Assembly: GCA_934613415.1 (NCBI GenBank)
Contig: CAKTSY010000002.1
Location: forward strand, 180,001 to 212,000
Reading direction: 5' to 3'
Source of the DNA: an uncultured Opitutales bacterium
Lineage (GTDB): Bacteria; Verrucomicrobiota; Verrucomicrobiia; Opitutales; Intestinicryptomonadaceae
DNA: 32,000 bases
Positions 26,855 to 32,000 of this stretch are shown piece by piece. Under the pieces are notes generated by a model. The model was not told the origin of the DNA. It made no database searches and worked only from the letters and a program-made list of their open reading frames with translations. How positions within the stretch are numbered: the stretch's first letter is position 1; every line of letters starts with the position of its first letter. The position numbers and the translations under genes are program-made.

Positions 26855-28324
26855 TCATTTATTCAATTCTTCTATTATAAAATTCTTTATTTCAAGTAAT
26901 ATATTAGGGTTGAGTTTGATAAGTGACTTACAGCAATAATCTAGAATTCGAGTCTCACCCTCTTGACTTTCTTGTCCCATTGCATAAAAAATATTGTGAC
27001 AATCTGTTTCGCTTTTACCCTTTTCTATTAACCGCTGTGTTTCTATTTTATCAACAAGTAAAAATTCGGATAAAACTTGATAGCCATTTTCATTACTCAA
27101 CTCATTTATTATCCATCTTTCCGGAGGTACATTCCCCGGCAACTTCTTAAAGGGAACATCACCATTCTTTAATTTATAATTTTCAAAAGATTTATAAATC
27201 TCACTGTCACTAACATCTCCATCCCATATTACAACGAATTTTCTTCTATCACCATTTTTTTTATGATAAGTAACAGCTTTTAGTAATTCAGTCTTTGAAC
27301 CAATTTGCGCACAAATGACTCTCCCTTTTTCTTTCCCCAAAGCTGTTTTTATTAGTTCTGCAGCGACGATATCTTCACAATAAATTACCATCTCTTCGGT
27401 CTTTTTTATTGATATACGCGAAATCGCATAATTAGTCGTTGGATTATTTATCAATGTTATGTTATCCCCAGTCCGTTCAATAACAATCCTTGCCTCTCTG
27501 GGGAGAGCATCCAAAAAATCGCGAGAATGAGATGTAATAAAAATTTGCAATTGTTTTTTATTTGCTATGGTCTGAATTATTTCTGCCAAAATTGACAAAG
27601 CTTCAGGATGTAATCCCATTTCAATTTCATCTATAACAATAAGAGATTGCTGTTCCGCGTCTTGCAATATAGACAAGAGATAACAAATAATTCTTTCTCC
27701 GATCCCCATATTGTAACAAGAATATTGGCAATCCCCTATCTTACATTTCGAGAAGACATCTTGATAATTATCAACCTCGGAATATACACGTTTCATTATT
27801 CTTGTCGCATATCCCAAATATTCATCATTTAACTTAACAAAATCTTTGTCTTGTAATAGATCCGCTTGATTGTATCTCTTTTCATTGGCAGGTAGTGTCC
27901 TTGAAACTGGCAATAAAATGACTTTTTTATTCGGACGCCTATCATAATGCATCCATTTTTTGGGACCTTTGTGAACGGAAATATTCTTAGTTGGAATTTT
28001 TCCTTTATAGAACCAAGTTAAATCTATTCCTTCGTTTGATTGATCATATCTTGTTTTCTTAAAAAAATCGGAAAAAACTTTTCTATATTTTTTATCTTTA
28101 TTGTGAAAGGCCAATGCTGCTAATTGTAAAAATGTGGTTTTACCTGATCCATTTTTCCCACAAAAGACAGTTATTGGATACCTAAATTCGACGTTACAAT
28201 TTTTTAATCCTCTTATCGGAGCTCCATCATTAATTGAAATTCCTGTCAAGAATGGAATATCAGAATTAGAATTCCATAACTTCTTCAAGTCCTTTTCTAT
28301 ACAATTTAAATGATTGCCTGGCAT
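26855..28324 (-). CDS. ABC-type ATPase fused to a Toprim-like domain (OLD-family / PARIS AriA-AriB-like / RloA-RloB-like restriction-linked protein)
   Basis: 489 aa. Walker A FCGKNGSGKTT (aa 54-64), signature-like NMGIGER, Walker B SLIVIDEIEMGLHP (D232, E233), H-loop ITSHS. The C-terminal part has MVIYCEDIVAAELIK (E317), IGSK and FVVIWDGDV (D368, D370), which is an E...G.K...DxD Toprim pattern. AGGAG lies 8 nt upstream of the ATG, 50 nt downstream of hsdS. Confidence 0.8.
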   Translation of the reverse strand: MPGNHLNCIEKDLKKLWNSNSDIPFLTGISINDGAPIRGLKNCNVEFRYPITVFCGKNGSGKTTFLQLAALAFHNKDKKYRKVFSDFFKKTRYDQSNEGIDLTWFYKGKIPTKNISVHKGPKKWMHYDRRPNKKVILLPVSRTLPANEKRYNQADLLQDKDFVKLNDEYLGYATRIMKRVYSEVDNYQDVFSKCKIGDCQYSCYNMGIGERIICYLLSILQDAEQQSLIVIDEIEMGLHPEALSILAEIIQTIANKKQLQIFITSHSRDFLDALPREARIVIERTGDNITLINNPTTNYAISRISIKKTEEMVIYCEDIVAAELIKTALGKEKGRVICAQIGSKTELLKAVTYHKKNGDRRKFVVIWDGDVSDSEIYKSFENYKLKNGDVPFKKLPGNVPPERWIINELSNENGYQVLSEFLLVDKIETQRLIEKGKSETDCHNIFYAMGQESQEGETRILDYCCKSLIKLNPNILLEIKNFIIEELNK

Positions 28325-28374
28325 AATATACTCCTATTATTTCCTTAAGATGACAATATTGGCTAAACAATAAC

Positions 28375-29508
28375 TTATAATTCGATTTTCAAAACATCAA
28401 TCTCACCCGACATCAGCTTCGGAAGCAGCGTATCGCGAAGCTGCGACAATTTCAAAATCTCTAGTTTGTTTTCTGCTATTTTATTGTTTGCAGAGTTAAA
28501 AAAGTCGATAGGTGTAAATTTATCTAAATTTCGTGGTGCAAAAAATGAAAAATCTTCCAGATTTCCTTTTGTAATGAATTTTATTACAGAACCTCTTGCA
28601 CCAGAAGTTATCTTCTCCAAATTGTATTTAACCACATAATACAACCAATTTGTAAAAGTAGGATCGTGTGGGACAAGAACGTATGTTCTTTGATACGCTT
28701 CAAATTTTCCACTGTAGAACTTCACATTGAAATCCCCGTTGCCTGCAACAAGTATTGCATTTGCATCAAATGAAAATTCATCAGTCCATGCCGTATCTTG
28801 TGCGCAACTGAAAAAAGGATATTTCCCTTTTGAAGATGAAACATTTGCATTCTTTTTCCCAGTTATTACGGGTAGAAATTCTCCAAGTTTATATGCCTTC
28901 CAATCTGCAGGCATTTTGCCGTCGAACGGATCAAAATCAACAAACCAAGATTTGAAAATAGCCTGTGCTTGAGCTTCTAAATTTTGATTTATCTTCTCAT
29001 TAAGTTCAATCTTGTTGTCTAGCGAGCCTAAAACCGCAGAAATTTTCTTCTGTGTTTTCAGATCTGGTAAAAGAACTTCTATCCTTGAAAATGTCTCTCT
29101 TGTGATTGTGTCAAACACAGATCCATAAGAGTTTTTCTTTAGTATAGAAACAGAATGCTTTAGCAAGTAATAGATATAGTCATTAATTGCCAACTCATTC
29201 GCTCTTATGCCATAACAAGATTGGTTGAAAGCCATCGGTTTGGATAATTGAGCCAAAGCTCCAACAGTTCCACGTGCCGACAAAATGATATCATTTTCTC
29301 CTAACAAACGAGAACTACAATTATTTAATCCCTCTTGGGTTATTGTTTTTTCTGTTTTTGAAACGTAACGGTTATCGTTATTGAAATCTACAACAGACAA
29401 CCACGGAATTTCACCGCCCCAATACTCTTTTTTTGAGGTTTTTGGGGTTCCCCCTCCAATAATCTCAATACATTCAGAAATAGAGATTTTTTTACAATTC
29501 ATATCCAA
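28375..29508 (-). CDS. hsdS: Type I restriction-modification specificity subunit
   Basis: 377 aa with two target-recognition halves. These are separated by the conserved central helix (LEAQAQAIFKSWFVDFDPF) and end in the conserved C-terminal helix (LSQLRDTLLPKLMSGEIDV). The gene overlaps hsdM by 17 nt. Confidence 0.92.
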   Translation of the reverse strand: MDMNCKKISISECIEIIGGGTPKTSKKEYWGGEIPWLSVVDFNNDNRYVSKTEKTITQEGLNNCSSRLLGENDIILSARGTVGALAQLSKPMAFNQSCYGIRANELAINDYIYYLLKHSVSILKKNSYGSVFDTITRETFSRIEVLLPDLKTQKKISAVLGSLDNKIELNEKINQNLEAQAQAIFKSWFVDFDPFDGKMPADWKAYKLGEFLPVITGKKNANVSSSKGKYPFFSCAQDTAWTDEFSFDANAILVAGNGDFNVKFYSGKFEAYQRTYVLVPHDPTFTNWLYYVVKYNLEKITSGARGSVIKFITKGNLEDFSFFAPRNLDKFTPIDFFNSANNKIAENKLEILKLSQLRDTLLPKLMSGEIDVLKIEL

Positions 29509-31072
29509 TACCTTTCAGTTGCTTGCGGATTTCTGCTTCGAGGGTGTGTGATTGTTCGAAGAGGTCGGAAAGTTCAGATGTCAGGCGTTTCATTTTGTCG
29601 TCGAAAGGTTCGCCGTCGTCTTCTTTTTCTTCTATGCCAACATATCGACCAGGGGTGAGTATATAGCCTTGCTTGGCGATTTCTTCGGTGGAGACTACTG
29701 CACAAAAGCCTTTTTTATTTTCGAGTGTTCCGTTTTCGTATTTGTCGTAGGTATCGCCAAGTTTTGTTATGTCGGCATCGGTCAGCTCTCGCAATTTACG
29801 CGATTTCATTGTTCCCATGTTTCGGGCGTCTATGAACAAGGTTTTGCCTTTTTGATTCTTATTCTTGCTTAAAAACCAAAGCGAAACGGGAATTTGCGTT
29901 GTATAGAACAGTTGGGGCGGCATTGCAATTATACAAGAAACGAGATCTGCCTCTATTATATTCTTTCTGATTTCGCCTTCGCCGCTTGTTTGGGAAGAAA
30001 GCGAACCGTTTGCAAGAACCATTCCGATTTTCCCGAAAGACGGCTCCATATGAAAAATCATATGCTGTAGCCATGCAAAGTTTGCGTTGCCTTCTGGCGG
30101 AATGCCAAAACACCAGCGTTTGTCGTTTTTCAACTTATCTCCGCCCCAATCCGACATATTAAACGGCGGATTCGCCATAATGTAGTCGAATTTTTCGGTC
30201 GGGAAACGGTCGTTCATGAAGGTGTCTGCGTTATAATCGCCGAGGTTTGCCTCTATGCCGCGAATTGCCAAATTCATCTGCGCCATCTTCCAAGTAGTCG
30301 GGTTCGATTCCTGACCGAAAACCGAAATATTATTTATGTTTCCTTTGTGGTCTTCAACAAACCTTGCAGACTGAACAAACATTCCGCCAGAACCGCAAGC
30401 AGGGTCGTAAACCCTAATACCGCGAGTTCCGCGCCTTGCGCTGCTTAGCGGTTTTAAGATTTCGACAATCGTTTTCACCACGCACGGAGGTGTATAGAAT
30501 TCCCCTGCCTTTTTTCCCTCGTTTTCGGCAAACTGAGCCAAACAATATTCGTAGGCACGCCCCAAAATATCGCGGGAATCACCATGGACACTCATTTTAA
30601 CATTGGTAAAGAGGTCTATAACTTCGCCAAGCCTGCGTTTGTCAAGTTCTGGGCGAGCAAATCCCTTTGGAAGAATATTTTTTAGGCGCGGATTTTCCTT
30701 TTCGATTAGTTCCATCGCCTTATCGATAACCTTCCCAATTTCGGAGGTATGGGCTGCATACGAAATAGCTTCCCAACGCGCCTGCTGGGGTACAAAGAAG
30801 ATTCCTTCGGCATCGTAGGCATCTCTGTCTTCTTCAAAGCCTTCGCCTTCGTTTTTTAGTTCGTTATATTTTTCTTCAAATTTGTCCGAAATGTATTTTA
30901 GAAAAATCAGCCCCAAAACAATATTTTTGTATTCCGAAGCGTCCATATTGCCGCGAAGCTTGTCGGCCGCGCTCCAGATTTCCTTTTCAAAACCTACATT
31001 AGCTGTATTTATGTCGTCCATATTATTTTTACAATCCAGTCTTAAAATAGGCAAAAAATCAGAATTCATCAA
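29492..31072 (-). CDS. hsdM: Type I restriction-modification N6-adenine DNA methyltransferase subunit
   Basis: HsdM N-terminal block FEKEIWSAADKLRGNMD. AdoMet motif I VYDPACGSGGMF and catalytic motif IV IMANPPFN. The real start may be the internal ATG at 31021 (MDDINTANVGFEKEIW). Confidence 0.95.
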   Translation of the reverse strand: MMNSDFLPILRLDCKNNMDDINTANVGFEKEIWSAADKLRGNMDASEYKNIVLGLIFLKYISDKFEEKYNELKNEGEGFEEDRDAYDAEGIFFVPQQARWEAISYAAHTSEIGKVIDKAMELIEKENPRLKNILPKGFARPELDKRRLGEVIDLFTNVKMSVHGDSRDILGRAYEYCLAQFAENEGKKAGEFYTPPCVVKTIVEILKPLSSARRGTRGIRVYDPACGSGGMFVQSARFVEDHKGNINNISVFGQESNPTTWKMAQMNLAIRGIEANLGDYNADTFMNDRFPTEKFDYIMANPPFNMSDWGGDKLKNDKRWCFGIPPEGNANFAWLQHMIFHMEPSFGKIGMVLANGSLSSQTSGEGEIRKNIIEADLVSCIIAMPPQLFYTTQIPVSLWFLSKNKNQKGKTLFIDARNMGTMKSRKLRELTDADITKLGDTYDKYENGTLENKKGFCAVVSTEEIAKQGYILTPGRYVGIEEKEDDGEPFDDKMKRLTSELSDLFEQSHTLEAEIRKQLKGIGYEL

Positions 31073-31443
31073 GTCCTATTTACGGAACTAGAATGGAAGA
31101 AGTAGAAACAAATCTAGATGAGGCCTATTTAAACGAGTTTTTACGCATTTTATCTAAAATATCGTATTACTCTTGTTTTCCATTTGAAGCGTGGAAAATT
31201 CTATAATCATTAACTTACTAGCTTAAAACTTGATATAAATCTTGTGTGAGCAAAACATGAGTCGTTTCCCAATAATATCTTATTGTATAAATGCCCGAAA
31301 ATGTGCTGCTTTATTGGGGGTTGTTTGTCTGCCATAGTGTGGTTTAAGAAATATATAACTAGACAAAAATCACTAATATATGCCAATATTCTAATTATGA
31401 TTGACTTTATAGCTAAGCTATGGTCTCATTACAGCTTTATCCG

Positions 31444-31481
31444 GCCCCTGTAGTTCAACGGATAGAACGGGCGTTTCCTAA
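31444..31481 (+). pseudogene. Truncated tRNA gene: 5' half (positions 1-38) of a tRNA-Arg(CCT)-like gene
   Basis: GCCCCTG-TA-GTTC-AACGGATA-GAAC-G-GGCGT-TTCCTAA. This gives an acceptor 5' strand, a perfect D arm, the 5' anticodon stem strand and a canonical 7-nt loop (T33, anticodon CCT, A37). The next bases (TTTTG...) do not complement the stem. I found no T arm or acceptor 3' strand downstream in the window. Confidence 0.6.
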
Positions 31482-31570
31482 TTTTGAATATATTCTATCC
31501 ATATTTATTTTTTTCTTTCGTTTTGTATTTTATTTGGTTTTAGCAAGTTGCAAGACCTGAAGCGTAAAAA

Positions 31571-31590
31571 TTCTTGCGTATTCTTGCGTA
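31571..31590. repeat. Perfect tandem direct repeat TTCTTGCGTA x2, with further GCGTA copies nearby
   Basis: TTCTTGCGTA at 31571-31580 and 31581-31590. Related copies are AGCGTA at 31561-31566 and TTTTGCGTA at 31627-31635. Confidence 0.8.
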
Positions 31591-31698
31591 TTTTTAAGGC
31601 ATTAAACACTATCAAAAACACCGTATTTTTGCGTAATTTTACAGAAAAATCCTTACCAAATTCTGACCATTTATTTTGACAGTATTTTAGGCGAATGT

Positions 31699-32000
31699 TC
31701 ATTCCGCATTCCTCCCATAATTACGCTTCCAATAGCTTAATGCACTTTCAATGGAACTGTATAATTTGCCACCTTCGCGATTAGCCGAAGTGTCGTCAAG
31801 AATGCGTAATATAACCTCATCATGCCCTAAATTTTCTACTACCTTTTGCAGCGCTGGAATCTTCAAAAACTCGTCAATTAAAGACATCACCCATCTGCGC
31901 TTGCGAACGGAAAGTTTTGAAAATTCAAACTTGGCACAACGCTCACCTCCAAACATCTGAACCCAAATTTTGCAGGAAATCTTCTGATGATTGTTGTATT
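31699..32000 (-). CDS. Hypothetical protein (frame stays open to the right window edge; start uncertain)
   Basis: The track gives an 85-aa ORF at 31699-31956. My translation shows the same frame has no stop up to position 32000, so the protein may start outside the window. A short version starting MSLIDEFLK at 31888 is also possible. I recognise no family, and I could not see the catalytic signature of a tyrosine recombinase. Confidence 0.35.
   Translation of the reverse strand, partial: YNNHQKISCKIWVQMFGGERCAKFEFSKLSVRKRRWVMSLIDEFLKIPALQKVVENLGHDEVILRILDDTSANREGGKLYSSIESALSYWKRNYGRNAE

Noticed and set aside
31505-31702. 65-aa minus-strand ORF
   Set aside because: It is lysine-rich and low-complexity, overlaps the tandem GCGTA repeats and has no start context. 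It is likely non-coding.
31482-32000. Group I intron or split-gene explanation for the tRNA-Arg fragment, with the 3' half downstream
   Set aside because: I found no sequence complementary to the acceptor or anticodon stems and no T-arm motif in the remaining window. A 3' half beyond position 32000 cannot be excluded.
21164-32000. Search for an integrase, transposase, CRISPR array or att direct repeats defining the island
   Set aside because: I recognised none by eye. The right-edge ORF (31699-32000) lacks visible tyrosine-recombinase motifs. I saw no regularly spaced repeat array anywhere in the window.

Overview
Bacterial chromosomal window, mid G+C by eye. The long-form PurF and the many starts without a Shine-Dalgarno hint at an FCB-group or Fibrobacter-like host (low confidence). 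Positions 1-21.2 kb are mostly housekeeping. They hold dnaG (partial, found by my own translation and absent from the ORF track), a TPR/coiled-coil protein, a NUDIX hydrolase, gltX, purF and an EamA transporter. They also hold a chagasin-family inhibitor lipoprotein, a C_GCAxxG_C_C protein, tRNA-Lys(TTT)/tRNA-Arg(ACG), a sugar phosphotransferase, hybrid-cluster protein hcp and tRNA-Asn(GTT). The rest of this part is a gamma-carbonic-anhydrase-like protein, a carboxyltransferase/small subunit/biotin-carrier cluster, an MscS channel and a tRNA-Met(CAT)/tRNA-Val(GAC) pair. An AT-rich two-gene secreted-protein cassette (14.4-15.7 kb) sits between hcp and tRNA-Asn. The region from the tRNA-Val terminator to about 31.5 kb is an AT-richer accessory island with no recognisable integrase. 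It carries a small lipoprotein and a 357-aa orphan with a helix-hairpin-helix-like motif plus a PD-(D/E)xK-like C-terminus. It also carries a type I restriction-modification system in the order hsdM-hsdS-X-hsdR. X is a 489-aa ABC-type ATPase fused to a Toprim-like (E...DxD) domain, and it sits in the position that the PrrC anticodon nuclease holds in the E. coli prr locus. This makes it the best candidate here for a restriction-linked guardian or abortive-infection module (OLD/PARIS/RloA-RloB-like). The island ends at a truncated 5' half of a tRNA-Arg(CCT) gene that breaks off exactly after the anticodon loop. All functional calls rest on motifs I can read in the translations; no database search was possible.
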